Of a stretch of 64,000 nucleotides of DNA, positions 8,872-23,162 are shown one piece after another. The DNA is from an uncultured Acidobacteriota bacterium (GTDB lineage Bacteria > Acidobacteriota > Thermoanaerobaculia > Multivoradales > UBA5704). The notes beneath the pieces were generated by a model that saw only the letters and a program-made list of their open reading frames with translations, had not been told where the DNA came from and ran no database searches. Location: NCBI GenBank assembly GCA_963770895.1, contig CAVYRF010000002.1:4512001-4576000 (forward strand). The letters are read 5' to 3'. The position numbers were made by a program, and so were the translations under genes. Position 1 is the stretch's first letter. The number at the start of each line of letters is the position of its first letter.

Positions 8872-10287
8872 ATGGAACTAGACCGCCTCCTCAAGGTAAT
8901 GACGGACAAGGGGGCTTCAGATCTGCATCTGAAGCCGACGCGGCCGCCTCTGCTGCGCATCAGCGGCAAGCTGATCCCGATCGACCTGCCGCCGATCACC
9001 GTCGACGAGCTGTCGCAGATGCTCATCGGCGTCCTCAACGCGCCCCAGCGCGCCAAGCTGGAGGAGCGCCTGTCGGTCGACATCGGCTACGGCGTCAAGG
9101 GGCTGGCGCGCTTCCGCGGCAACATCTACGTGCAGCGCGGCAACCTGGCGGCGTGCTTCCGGCGCGTGCCCTACCAGATCAAGACCCTGGAAGACCTGGA
9201 CCTGCCGGCCGTGATGGATGAATTTTGCGAGCTGCCGATGGGCCTGGTGCTGGTGACCGGACCGACGGGCAGCGGCAAGTCGACGTCGCTGGCGGCGATG
9301 GTGCGGCGGATCGCCACGACGCGGCCGGTGCACATCATCACCATCGAAGACCCGATGGAGTTCCTGTTCACCGACGACATGGCCTCGATCTCCCAGCGCG
9401 AGCTGGGGACCGACACCATGGCGTTTTCCGAAGCGCTGCGCAACGCGATGCGGCAGGACCCCGACGTGATCATGGTCGGCGAAATGCGCGACCGGGAAAC
9501 GGTATCGACGGTCATGACCGCCGCCGAGACCGGCCATCTGGTGTTCTCGACCCTGCACACCAACAGCGCGCCGCAGACCGTCGACCGGATTCTCGACACC
9601 TTCCCCGCCGACCAGCAGGGACAGATCCGGGCGCAGCTGGCGCAGGTGCTCAAGGGCGTCGTCTCGATGAAGCTGGTGCAGCGCCAGGACGGCCAGGGAC
9701 TGGTGGCGGCGCTGGAGATCATGCGCGCCTCCCCCAAGATCTGTAAGTTGATCGAAGAGGGAGAAACGGCGGCGCTGCACGAAGAGCTTGAGTCGTCGGT
9801 GGGCTACTACCGCATGCAGTCGCTCAACCAGTGCCTGCTGTCGCTCTTGGTGCACGGCACGATCACCTACGCCGAGGCGATGCGCCAGGCGTCCGATCCC
9901 GAAGACCTCTCCCTCAAGCTGCGCAAGATGTTCCCGATGATCGAAGAACGAGGAGGCGACATGAGCCCGGTGACGTCGGATTTCTCACAGATCGTCGAGC
10001 TCCAGCAGTTCAAGCGGCTGTACGAAGAGCAGGAGGAAAAGACCCGCCTGCGCCTGGGTGAAAAGGATGAAGAGATCGAGCACATGCACGGCCTGATCCG
10101 CACTCGCGACCAGCAGATCGAAGAGATCCAGGCCCGCCTGCAGGAGATGGGGCAGGATCGCGAGCGCGTGCGCGGCGACTACAACCGCCTGCGGCAGGAA
10201 GCCCAGGAAAAGATCGACAAGCTGATGGAGCGCATCAAGGAGCTCAACCAGCGCCTGATGGGCGCACCCGCCAGCGGCCCGCGGTAA
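8872..10287 (+). CDS. pilT: PilT/PilU-family type IV pilus ATPase with C-terminal coiled-coil extension
   Basis: ASDLHL, GPTGSGKST, TIEDPMEF, RQDPDVIMVGEMRD, AETGHLVFSTLHTN. Confidence 0.88.
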   Translation: MELDRLLKVMTDKGASDLHLKPTRPPLLRISGKLIPIDLPPITVDELSQMLIGVLNAPQRAKLEERLSVDIGYGVKGLARFRGNIYVQRGNLAACFRRVPYQIKTLEDLDLPAVMDEFCELPMGLVLVTGPTGSGKSTSLAAMVRRIATTRPVHIITIEDPMEFLFTDDMASISQRELGTDTMAFSEALRNAMRQDPDVIMVGEMRDRETVSTVMTAAETGHLVFSTLHTNSAPQTVDRILDTFPADQQGQIRAQLAQVLKGVVSMKLVQRQDGQGLVAALEIMRASPKICKLIEEGETAALHEELESSVGYYRMQSLNQCLLSLLVHGTITYAEAMRQASDPEDLSLKLRKMFPMIEERGGDMSPVTSDFSQIVELQQFKRLYEEQEEKTRLRLGEKDEEIEHMHGLIRTRDQQIEEIQARLQEMGQDRERVRGDYNRLRQEAQEKIDKLMERIKELNQRLMGAPASGPR

Positions 10288-10422
10288 CGCCGGCAGCCGC
10301 CGGCGGCTGAGGCCGGGCAGCCGGCCGGCCGGCGCCTGGCGCGGCTGCGGTCTGGTCGCGCCTCTTCCGGCACGTCACACACCCACCGTCCGATCGACGT
10401 CCTGAAGCGCTTCCGCGCTGCC

Positions 10423-11967
10423 TCAGCTCGACGGGTCGGGCGCGGCCGGCCCGGCGTGCCGCAGCACGTAGGCCAGGGCTTCGTCGCGGCTGCGCACCAG
10501 GCCGTCGATCTGCGCCGCGGTGACGCCGGCAAGGGCGCTGCCGACGCGCGGGCCGGGCGGGATGTCGAGCAGGTGCTGGACGTCCTGGCCGCTGATCAGC
10601 TTGGGCGGGGCGATCAGCGCCGGGCCGTCGCGGAGCGCCACCTGGCACAGCGCCGTGGCCGCGCGCCGCCAACGCGCGGCGGCAGCGTCTCCCCGCACCG
10701 CGGCCGCGGCGCCGCAGGAAACCGCCGCGGTCAACCAGCGCCGCCCATGCTGGTGCAGGAACCGGCGCCGGCCGATCTGCGTCCCCGGCAGGTGCGCCGG
10801 CATCGCCAGCACAGACCGGACGTCGGCGGCCGTGCGGGCGGTGACAAATCCAGCCTCCGCCATGCGGTCGAGCGCCGCGGCGGCGGTGCCCGGGTGCCTG
10901 GACCGGGCAGCGTCCTTTCCTGTGGCCCCTGCGTGCGGGCGATCTCCAGCAGCTTGTCGCGGGTCCGGCAGGTGGCGAAACGTTGCGGCATAGCGCGCGA
11001 TCGTCAGGTTCACCGCGTCCCAGGCGGCGGTGGGTGCGCCGGCCGCGGCCAGGCAGGCGGCAAGGTGATGGGCGCAGGCTGGCAGGGCCGCCATCTCTTG
11101 GGCGGTGCGTTCGGCGGCGGCCACGCCCAGGTCGCTGGGGGAAGCGGCGGCCGCGGGATCGCCGGCGGCGCCGCCAGGGGGGGCGGGGGGGCCGCCAGGA
11201 GGCGCGGAGACCGAGCCGAGCCAGAGCGCGGGGTAGACGTCCAGGTCGGCGAGGGCGAGCAGAGCGGCGTCGGCGCGCTCATGCGACAGCATCAGCCCGA
11301 TCTCGTCGCGGATGCGTTCGACGCTCACCTGGCCCAGGTGCGGCGCGGCGGCACGCGCCAGCTCGCGGGTTTCCTCCTGGGCGGTAAATCCGGGCAGTCG
11401 CTGCAGCAGGCGCGCCAGACGCAGCACGCGCAGCGGGTCGCCGGTGAAGCCGTGCTGCGTGGTGGCCCGCAGGACGCGCGCGTCCAGGTCGGCGAGGCCG
11501 CCGAAGGGATCGACGGTCACGTTACGGCGCGGCTCCCAGGCGATCGAATTGATGGTGAGGTCGCGGCGCGCCAGGTCGTCGTGCAGCGACATGTCCTGAC
11601 GGTCCCAGATGTCGACCATGGTGAAGGTGTCCGCCGCTGGCTCGGGTGCCGTACCATGGTCGCGGCTGGCGCCGGCATCGGCACCGTCGCCGCCGGCCGC
11701 GCCGGGCAGCAGGACCAGGCGAAAGGCGGCAAATTCCTTGCCGCCCAGGAGCACCAGGCGGGCCGGCAGGGTCCTGGCCAGGACCTGAGCGATCTCGCTC
11801 CCCCGGCCCGCCACCGTCACGTCCAGGTCGTGCGTCGCCAGGCCCAGTGCGCGGTCGCGCAGGACGCCGCCCACCAGGTGGCATGGGGTGTCGCCGCAGG
11901 CGGCAAGCAGCGCCTGCACCACCGGGTCGCGGCGCAGCGCGGCGAAAGCCTTTGGCGGCGCGGACAT
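10423..11967 (-). CDS. CCA tRNA nucleotidyltransferase / poly(A) polymerase family
   Basis: LVGGVLRD..DLD, DLARRDLTIN, DPLRVLR, VSVERIRDE, C-terminal ISGQDV..PPGPRVG. Confidence 0.9.
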   Translation of the reverse strand: MSAPPKAFAALRRDPVVQALLAACGDTPCHLVGGVLRDRALGLATHDLDVTVAGRGSEIAQVLARTLPARLVLLGGKEFAAFRLVLLPGAAGGDGADAGASRDHGTAPEPAADTFTMVDIWDRQDMSLHDDLARRDLTINSIAWEPRRNVTVDPFGGLADLDARVLRATTQHGFTGDPLRVLRLARLLQRLPGFTAQEETRELARAAAPHLGQVSVERIRDEIGLMLSHERADAALLALADLDVYPALWLGSVSAPPGGPPAPPGGAAGDPAAAASPSDLGVAAAERTAQEMAALPACAHHLAACLAAAGAPTAAWDAVNLTIARYAATFRHLPDPRQAAGDRPHAGATGKDAARSRHPGTAAAALDRMAEAGFVTARTAADVRSVLAMPAHLPGTQIGRRRFLHQHGRRWLTAAVSCGAAAAVRGDAAAARWRRAATALCQVALRDGPALIAPPKLISGQDVQHLLDIPPGPRVGSALAGVTAAQIDGLVRSRDEALAYVLRHAGPAAPDPSS

Positions 11968-12049
11968 GACGGGATTGTAGCGGTGGGCCGGCACCTGGCG
12001 CGGGATTTGCGTTCCAGCGCGAGCAAGGCTAAACTTTCACTTGAGAACC

Positions 12050-12374
12050 ATGGCCCTAACCATCGACGATGTAAGGAAGATCGCGACTTTGGCCCGTCTC
12101 CGTCTGACCGCCGAAGAGGAGGCGACGTTCACCGGGCAGCTGGGCACCGTGGTGGAGTATATCGACCAGTTGCAGGCGTTCGACGCCGGCCAGGCCAGCG
12201 GATCCGGCCATCCCGGGCTTTCCGGTGACAGCGACAGCGGCGTCGCGGCCGGCGACTCGCGCGAGGCCGCGGACCAGACGGTGCCGTGCCTGGGGCGCCA
12301 GGAGTTTCTGCGCAATGCGCCGCAGGCGCTGGACGCCTTCCTGGTGGTGCCGGCGGTCAAGGCGGGGGGCGGCG

Positions 12375-12391
<17 letters not shown>
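12050..12391 (+). CDS. gatC: Asp/Glu-tRNA amidotransferase subunit C
   Basis: LTIDDVRKIATLARL..FLRNAP..FLVVPAV; directly upstream of gatA. Confidence 0.92.
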
Positions 12392-13870
<1,479 letters not shown>

Positions 13871-13871
<1 letters not shown>

Positions 13872-16549
13872 TGCGCCCCGCCGCCCGCCCTCCAGGCCGC
13901 CGGTGCACCGGCGTTTCGGCGGCGGCGGTGCTCCTTGCCCGCGCCACCCTGGCGATTGCCGGAGCCGCCGGGGCCGCGGCGGTGGCCACGATCGCCGCGG
14001 GCTCGCTGATCGCGGCGCCGGCGGCGATCGCGCTACCGGCGGTGATGGCGGAGCAGGATGCCCTGGCGCCGGCCGCGGGTGCTCCCGGCGCGGCTGCCGC
14101 GCCAGCCGCTGCCGGTGGGACAGCCGGATCCGGCCGTCCGGCGGCCGCTCGCTCCGGCCCCTGCCGAGTGCCCGCAACGTCCGCGTTCCGGCTTGCCGCT
14201 TTGCGCTCGGGCGTCGCATCTGGGGCGGCGCCTCCGTCTGCTGCGCTCGGCCCAGCTTCTGCCGCGCGCGTGGTGAGCTTGGGCGGACCACCTGCCGTTC
14301 CGTCACGCGTTGGCGCGGCAGCGCCTTGCGCTGCTTCGTCAAGGCTGGGCATCGCGCCGGTTCCTGCTGCGTTCAGAATCACGGCGTGCGCTGAGCGTTT
14401 TGCTGGGTCGCCTGCCGCTCCGTCACGCGTTGGCCCGGCAGCACCTTTCGCTGCATCGTCAAGGCTGGGTGTTGCGCCGGTTTCTGCTGCGCTCGGATTT
14501 GCGGCGCGTGCGGTTGGGTCCTCGGCTGGGGGCGGGCATGGGGCGGCGCCTGCGTCTGCTGGATCGTCTACGGCTGGCGGATCGTCGTCCCGCGGTGCCA
14601 CAGCCGCTGGCGGCGCTGACGCCGGCAACGGCGACGACGATGCCGAAGCCGACGGCGGCGATCCGGCGACCGGCTCAGCGACCGCGCCGGCGCCGGCAGG
14701 TCCGGTCGCCAGCGGCCTGGGCGCACCGGGCAAGGGCGGTGGGGCGGCGGCGCCCGCCACCTCGCCAGGCCGATCCCCGTCGGCCGCGGCGCGGCACACG
14801 ACGAGCGCCGGCGGTCAGCCGGGCGGTGCGGCCCAGGGGAGCGCGGCGGCGGCGCGGACGGTGCGGCTGGCGGCGGTGCCCGCCAAGGGGATGCGGGTGC
14901 GGCTGGAGGAGGGGGTCGAGGCGTTTGTCAGCGGCGAGGGGCAGCTGGAGATCCAGGCGAGGCCGCGCCGGGGCGAGGGTTTCACCGTCTTCGCGCAGCG
15001 CCTGTGCGGCGATGCGCGGCTGGTGCCGCAGGTGTTGGAGGCCAATCGCCTGCGCGCCGGCGCGCGGCCGCTGACCGGCGTGCGGTACCACTTTCCGTTC
15101 GAGATCCTGTCGGCCGCCTGGCAGCTCAAGGTGGAGCAGGCGCTGTACCCGGAAGACCGCGGCGACGCCACCGGCTGGCGCCACCAGGTGCGCGGCCTGG
15201 GCGCGCTGCACCAGGAGAACCTGTGGCAGCTTTCGGAGTGGTTCACCGGCAAGGGCGAGAACTTCCGCGCCATCCGCGAATACAACAAGCTGCGCGACGA
15301 AGACGTGGCGCAAAACGCCGTGCTCACCATCCCGTCGGAGCTGCTGCGCCCGGCCTTCGGCGCCGCGCTGCCGGTGCCGCAAAAACCGTTCACCCTGGGG
15401 TACGGCAAGGACGAAACCGGCGAGTACGCCGTCTACCGCCTGCGGCCCGGCGAGGCGCTCTATTCGGGGGTCGTGGTGCGCTTCACCGGCCGCATCTACG
15501 CCGCCGACGTCAACGCCCTGGCCGCGGAGATCGCCCACCGCAACGGCATCGAGGACGTGACCGCGATCCCGGTCGGCTTCCGGGTCAAGATCCCCCTGGA
15601 CCTGCTGCAGCCCGAGTTCCTGCCCGACGGCGATCCGCGCCGCAAGGAGTACGAAGCCGGCCTGCGCGCCAGCTCGCAGTTCAGCAACCAGGTGCACGCC
15701 CGCGGCCTGGAGGGGATCACCGTCATCCTGGACCCCGGCCACGGCGGCCTGGATTCGGGGGCCACCATGGCGGGGGTGTGGGAGAGCCTGTACGTCTACG
15801 ACATCGTGGTGCGGCTCAAGCGCCTGCTGGAGGCGCACACCGCCGCCGCGGTCCAGGTCACGACGCGCGACGGCGACGACTATCACGTCGTCGACGCCGA
15901 CGTGCTGCCGGCGTCGCGGCGCCACGCCGTGCTCACCAATCCGCCCTATCCGATCGAAGATCCGGTGGTCGGGGTCAATCTGCGCTGGTACCTGGCCAAC
16001 AGCTATTTCCGCCGCGCCATGAACGCCGACAACGATCCGCAGAAGGTGGTCTTCCTGTCCATCCACGCCGATTCGCTCCACCCATCGCTGCGCGGCGCCA
16101 TGGCCTACATCCCGGCCGCCCGCATGCGCGACGAGAGCTACGGCAAGAGCGGCCCGCTCTATGAAGCGCGCGAGGAGTTCCGCGAGAGCCCGCGCGTGGA
16201 GTTCCCCTGGAACCAGCGGGTGGAAAGCGAAGGCCTGTCGCGCGAGCTGGCCAAGCAGATCATCGGCGCCTTCGAAGAGACCGGCCTGCCGGTCCACCCC
16301 TTCACGCCGGTGCGCGACCACATCATCCGCAAGCGCAGCGAATGGGTCCCCGCCGTGCTGCGCTACAACTCCGTCCCGGCCAAGATGCTGCTGGAAGTCT
16401 GCAACCTGAACAACGACCTGGACCGCAACCTGCTGAAGACCCGCGCCTACCGCCAGAGCGTCGCCGCCGCCATCCTGGACGGCCTGCTGGCCTACTACGG
16501 CCAGAACGCCGCCCAACCCGCCGTCCGCGTCGCCCGCGCGGCGAAGTAG
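13871..16549 (+). CDS. N-acetylmuramoyl-L-alanine amidase (Amidase_3) with LysM-like segments and long low-complexity N-terminus
   Basis: ILDPGHGG, FLSIHAD, MLLEVCNLNN Zn/catalytic motifs; YRLRPGEALYS..IAHRNGI..VGFRVKIP LysM-like; TGATG overlap with gatA. Confidence 0.85.
14291..14520. repeat. 120-bp in-frame tandem repeat (40 aa) inside amidase N-terminus
   Basis: CCTGCCG(T/C)TCCGTCACGCGTTGGC...TCGTCAAGGCTGGG at 14291 and 14411. Confidence 0.85.
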
Positions 16550-16589
16550 ATCTGCCAGCGGCGCTTGGCGGTACGCCGATCGCGCAGGA

Positions 16590-16640
16590 GGTCTGTGTTG
16601 CAGACTGATTGACAAGGAAGATAAGTCTGAGGCACAATGG
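16590..16640 (+). promoter_or_regulatory. sigma70 promoter with palindromic operator candidates
   Basis: TTGACA(16609)-N18-CACAAT(16633); palindrome GTCTG-N5-CAGAC at 16591-16605 and a degenerate copy AGTCTG-N5-CAATGG over the -10. Confidence 0.6.
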
Positions 16641-16660
16641 CGGTTGGGAGGGCGGCTTCG

Positions 16661-17359
16661 ATGAACCAGCATGACCTGCGGCGGATCGACTTCGTAACGC
16701 GCAAGTTCAAGGCACTGCAAGGGCTCCGCATGTTTGTCCCGCTGGGCTTGTTACTCCTCGGCGGCGGGCTCACCTCGGCCGTGCGTCCCCAGTCTCTGGT
16801 GGGGGGACTTCTGGCGGTGCTGCTGATCAACGGGCCTGCCTTGTTTCTGATGTGGCGTGCGCCCGCCTACTATGCCAAGCGGTTTGGCGTGGTCCTGCCG
16901 TTGCCTGCTACGGGATCCATCCGCAAGCTCTCGCTTTCAACCTCTCGCCGGCTCGCGGTGGGGGAGTTCCAATTCCTGTCCAGATCCTCTCCGGGCCTGC
17001 GCATCGTGGTCGCGCTGGGGGCGGGTGTTGCCATCCTCGTCGCCCTGATCTGGTCGCACCCGGACCACGTGGCCTTGGCCCGCTTCACCTACCTGGTCAT
17101 GGGCTCAAGTCTGCTCTTCCTCTGGTGGGCCGATCGAGAGCACCGTCTCTCGCAGGGGTACCCGGCGCTGCTTGGGTTGCTGCTGATTGCATTTGCCGGA
17201 CTCAACGGCCGGGCTGGAGCGTTGCATTGGGAAGCGTCCAGGATCGTGGTAGGTGGGGCGATGCTCCTATGCGGCCTGCTTGACCACCTGCAGCTGGTCA
17301 GGGTGCTGGGTCCGGCGCCCTCGGATGTTGCAACGTACGCGGAGGAAGCACAGCGATGA
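16661..17359 (+). CDS. hypothetical multi-pass membrane protein
   Basis: about 6 hydrophobic segments, GGGAGG SD, lower GC than flanks, ATGA overlap with downstream regulator. Confidence 0.75.
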   Translation: MNQHDLRRIDFVTRKFKALQGLRMFVPLGLLLLGGGLTSAVRPQSLVGGLLAVLLINGPALFLMWRAPAYYAKRFGVVLPLPATGSIRKLSLSTSRRLAVGEFQFLSRSSPGLRIVVALGAGVAILVALIWSHPDHVALARFTYLVMGSSLLFLWWADREHRLSQGYPALLGLLLIAFAGLNGRAGALHWEASRIVVGGAMLLCGLLDHLQLVRVLGPAPSDVATYAEEAQR

Positions 17360-17706
17360 CAACGCCGTTCGAGCAGCTGGCAAACCTGGACCGCACGATC
17401 CACGAGCCGACGCGGCTGGCGATCCTGACCGCGCTGGCGGCTTGCGACGCCGCCGATTTCCTCTTCCTGCAGCGCATCACCGGCATGACCAAGGGGAACC
17501 TGTCGTCCCACCTGTCGAAGCTGGAAGAGGCGGGGATGGTGGAGATCGAAAAGAGCTTCGTCGACAAGAAGCCCCACACCCTGGTCCGCCTGACCCGCCC
17601 CGGCCGCGGCGCGGTGGACGGCTACTGGCGCGAGATGGAAGGGGTGCGCAAAAAGGCCGCCCGCTGGGGCGTCAAGCACGCCGCCCCGGCGCCCTCGCGA
17701 GGGTAA
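17356..17706 (+). CDS. winged-helix transcriptional regulator (HTH_34-like)
   Basis: LDRTIHEPTRLAIL..FLFLQRITGMTKGNLSSHLSKLEEAG..KKPHT..LT..G. Confidence 0.9.
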   Translation: MTTPFEQLANLDRTIHEPTRLAILTALAACDAADFLFLQRITGMTKGNLSSHLSKLEEAGMVEIEKSFVDKKPHTLVRLTRPGRGAVDGYWREMEGVRKKAARWGVKHAAPAPSRG

Positions 17707-17770
17707 GCCCCCCTACCGCGGGACTGGCGTGGCCGCGTAAAATCGCGGCACGGCGGCGGGCGGGGCAGCA

Positions 17771-17799
17771 GGAACTTTTCCGCTTGGGCGCCGGTCCAA
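17771..17799 (+). promoter_or_regulatory. ECF (RpoE-like) autoregulatory promoter
   Basis: GGAACTT-N16-GTCCAA directly upstream of the ECF sigma gene. Confidence 0.75.
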
Positions 17800-17842
17800 C
17801 TAAGATGAGCGGGAAGGGTCCTCGACGCGGAAGGGGGGGACC

Positions 17843-18541
17843 GTGAAGGCAGCGACGTTTGCCGGTGCGGTACCGCACGACCACGATTGCGACCTGGAGC
17901 TGGCGCAGCGGCATTGCGCCGGCGACCCTGGCGCCTTCGACGAGGTGTATGCGCGGTACGCCGCGATGGTCTACAACCTGGCGCTGCGGCTGGCGGGGGA
18001 TGCAGACGAAGCGGCGGACCTGACGCAGGAGGTGTTCCTGCGGGTGCATCGCGGCCTGGGCGGCTTCAGCGGCCGCTCGGCGCTCAAGACGTGGATCTTC
18101 CGCGTCGCGCTCAACCACTGCCGCGAGCGCCTGTCGCGCTTCCGTCCCATCCTGCGGCCGATCGCCGAAGACACCAACCTGGCCCATGACGGCGGCAGCT
18201 CCTGGGGGCACGCCGGCGCCGCCGATGATGGCGGTGGTGGCGGCAGGGGCGGAGGCGGCGGCTGGGGCGGCATGGGCAGCTGGCGGGCCGAGCCGCTGGC
18301 CGATCCCGGACGCGACCCCGAGGCGCTGGCGATCGCCGCCGATTGCGGCAGGCAGGTTGCCCACGGCCTGGCGCTGCTGCCGCCCGCCTTTCGCGAGGCG
18401 GTCGTGCTGCGCGACCTGCAGGGGCTGTCGTACCAGGAGATCGCCGCCGTGCTGCAGGTCCGCGTCGGCACCGTCCGCTCGCGCATCGCACGCGGCCGGG
18501 AACAGCTGCGCATCTGGCTGGACCAAGGAGAGCGCGCATGA
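17843..18541 (+). CDS. ECF RNA polymerase sigma factor
   Basis: AADLTQEVFLRV, KTWIFRVALNHC, LSYQEIA..VGTVRSRIARGR. Confidence 0.93.
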   Translation: MKAATFAGAVPHDHDCDLELAQRHCAGDPGAFDEVYARYAAMVYNLALRLAGDADEAADLTQEVFLRVHRGLGGFSGRSALKTWIFRVALNHCRERLSRFRPILRPIAEDTNLAHDGGSSWGHAGAADDGGGGGRGGGGGWGGMGSWRAEPLADPGRDPEALAIAADCGRQVAHGLALLPPAFREAVVLRDLQGLSYQEIAAVLQVRVGTVRSRIARGREQLRIWLDQGERA

Positions 18542-19473
18542 GCCGCCACGTCTCGTCCGAAGCGCTGTCGGCCTTCCTGGACGGTGAAAGCGCCAGCTCC
18601 GATGGCCCCGCCATCGCCTTCCACCTGGCTTCGTGTGCCGCCTGCCGCTCGCGGCTCGACTCGATGCGCCGCCTGGTCCGCGGTCTGGGCCGCCTGACCC
18701 CGGTCGCACCGCCGGCGGATCTGGAGCGCCGCGTCCGCGACACCCTGGCCGCCCGCACGGCCACGCGCCCGGCGCACACCGCCGGGGGCGCCGCCCCCCA
18801 GCCCGCCGTCCTGTCGCTGGCGGCCGCGCCGCCGCCGGTGCCGCCCGGTCGGGTCGCCGCCTCGCCGGTCCCCATGGCCGTCGCGCCCATGTCTTCCCTC
18901 GCGTCCGTCGCGCCCCTCGCGCCGCGCGGAATGTCGCGTCCGTCGCGCAGCGGTGTTGCCGCGGACTGGCTGGCGCCGGCACGGCGGGTGCGGGCCTGGT
19001 GGGCGCGGGTGTCGCTGCCCAGGTTCTCGGGACCGCCGCGCCTTGCCGGTGCGCCGCTGGGCGTCGGCTTGGCTTTCCTGCTGACCCTGGTGGTCCTGCA
19101 ATACGGCGGCGGTGGCGGCGCCGGTGGCGGCCTCGGCGTGCTGCACCTGTCCACGGCGCCGGCGGCAGGCGGCTCCCGGATCGAACGGCCGGAGTTTCGG
19201 GTGAGCGAATTCTTCGGCGACGCCCCGGTGGTGCCGCCGCAGACCACCAGCGAGGTGGCGGGGCGGGTCTTCGTGCTCAGCGACGACGTCTGGGTGCAGC
19301 GCGGCCTGGACGCCACCGACACCGCCCAGCCGCATGCCCTGATCAGCGCCCGCAGCCCCCGCGGCCGCCGCCTGCTGGCCCGCTATTCCGACCTGGGCGT
19401 CCTGCTCGCCGACGGCTCCCGCGTCGTCCTGCGCGACCACCTGCAGACGCTGGAACTGTCCAACGACTCCTGA
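18538..19473 (+). CDS. zinc-finger (zf-HC2/ZAS) transmembrane anti-sigma factor
   Basis: H..LSAFLDGE..HLASCAACR (HxxxCxxC), one TM helix, ATGA overlap with sigma gene. Confidence 0.88.
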   Translation: MSRHVSSEALSAFLDGESASSDGPAIAFHLASCAACRSRLDSMRRLVRGLGRLTPVAPPADLERRVRDTLAARTATRPAHTAGGAAPQPAVLSLAAAPPPVPPGRVAASPVPMAVAPMSSLASVAPLAPRGMSRPSRSGVAADWLAPARRVRAWWARVSLPRFSGPPRLAGAPLGVGLAFLLTLVVLQYGGGGGAGGGLGVLHLSTAPAAGGSRIERPEFRVSEFFGDAPVVPPQTTSEVAGRVFVLSDDVWVQRGLDATDTAQPHALISARSPRGRRLLARYSDLGVLLADGSRVVLRDHLQTLELSNDS

Positions 19474-19509
19474 GTCGGCCGCCCGGCACCAGGCGCCGCG
19501 CGGCGGCGA

Positions 19510-20439
19510 TCAGGCACCGGCGGTGTGGGGGTGGGGGTGGTCGTGATGATGGTAGACGCCGGCGAAGTGCGCGGCCCAGGTTTCCAGGGTGGTGCCGGTG
19601 GTGTTCTCCGGCAGGCGCGGCTCGGCGGGGCGAATCTTGCCGGCGTTGAAGGCGCGGTTCATCTCCAGCATCATGTCGATCATGTGCGGCGGCATGCCGT
19701 GCGCTGCCATCGCCTGGCGCGCCTGGTCGTCGGTCACCTGCACGTAGGGGAGCTCCGGCTTGCCGATGGCGGTGCCCAGGATGGCGGCCGCTTCCGTCAG
19801 GGTGTAGTCGCGAGGCCCCAGCAGCTCGCGCGTGGACGTGTCGCCAAATTCCAGGCCGGCGAGCAGGCGCGCGGCCTCCTGGGCGATATCGGCGGTAGCG
19901 ATCATGGGCAGCTGCAGGTCGGCGCGCAGGGTGCCCGCGTACACCCCCTGGCCGTGGATGGCGGGGATCGCGTGCAGGTGGTTTTCCATAAAGAAGGTGG
20001 GCCGGAGGTGCACCATGGCGACGCCGGTGAGCCGGTCGAGCCGCTCTTCGTGGTCGTGCAGGCCGGCGATCGGCCCGGTGCCATAGGGCACTTCGGCGCC
20101 GATGCTGCTCAGGTTGACGACGAAGGGGACGCCCGCCTGGGCAAGCCCGTAGGCGATGGCTTCGGAGACGCGGTTCTGCCAGCCGCGCAGGTCGCGGTCC
20201 GCCATCGGCGTCGGCAGCATCGTGAACGCGGCGTGCGCGCCGGCAAAGGCCTGGCGCAGGAAGTCCGCATCGTGCAGGTCGCCGGCCGCCACCTCGGCGC
20301 CCTGGTCGCTGAGCGGGCCGAGGCGCTCCGGGTTGCGGGCCACGACCCGCAGCCGCCGGCGCCCTTCCAGCAGCAGCGTCGCCACCCGCCTGCCGATGTT
20401 GCCGCTCGCGCCTGTCACCACAATCAGTTGCTCGCTCAC
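19510..20439 (-). CDS. NmrA-like NAD(P)-binding atypical SDR
   Basis: VVTGASGNIG, VNLSSIGA, LRPTFFMEN, IATADIA. Confidence 0.9.
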   Translation of the reverse strand: MSEQLIVVTGASGNIGRRVATLLLEGRRRLRVVARNPERLGPLSDQGAEVAAGDLHDADFLRQAFAGAHAAFTMLPTPMADRDLRGWQNRVSEAIAYGLAQAGVPFVVNLSSIGAEVPYGTGPIAGLHDHEERLDRLTGVAMVHLRPTFFMENHLHAIPAIHGQGVYAGTLRADLQLPMIATADIAQEAARLLAGLEFGDTSTRELLGPRDYTLTEAAAILGTAIGKPELPYVQVTDDQARQAMAAHGMPPHMIDMMLEMNRAFNAGKIRPAEPRLPENTTGTTLETWAAHFAGVYHHHDHPHPHTAGA

Positions 20440-20730
20440 CCTGGCCTCCCTTTCAGCAGGTGGTTGCGGCGCCGCCGTTGCGGCCGCCGCCGTCCCCGCA
20501 ACCGCGGTGTATCGCCGCCCATCATAGATGAGAGGGGGGAACGGCCGCTGTGCAGGCGGGCCGGCGGGAGGTGTGCCGGGGCAGGCACGGTTTCCGAGAC
20601 CGGCGGCCGGTGCGTTGGGGCTGGTGCACCGCCCGCTCCGCTCGGTGGGCGATCTGCTAGCGGACGTAGGTGAACCAGGGGGTGGGATAAGAGCTGGAAA
20701 TATCGCACTCTCTGCGCCACCGGCAGCCGG

Positions 20731-20756
20731 CCGGCGCCAGGGGTTGCCTGGCGCCG
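20731..20756 (-). terminator. GC-rich hairpin downstream of coxL
   Basis: CCGGCGCCAGG-GTTG-CCTGGCGCCGG; no clear U-tract. Confidence 0.35.
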
Positions 20757-20781
20757 GGGGTGGCGGGGCGGCTTTGCCGGA

Positions 20782-23148
<2,367 letters not shown>

Positions 23149-23162
23149 GGTTCCGTCTCCTC

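Noticed and set aside
20657-20712. Lower-GC stretch that could be a gene-end remnant (..SSSYPTPWFTYVR*)
   Set aside because: Too short to support without a homology search
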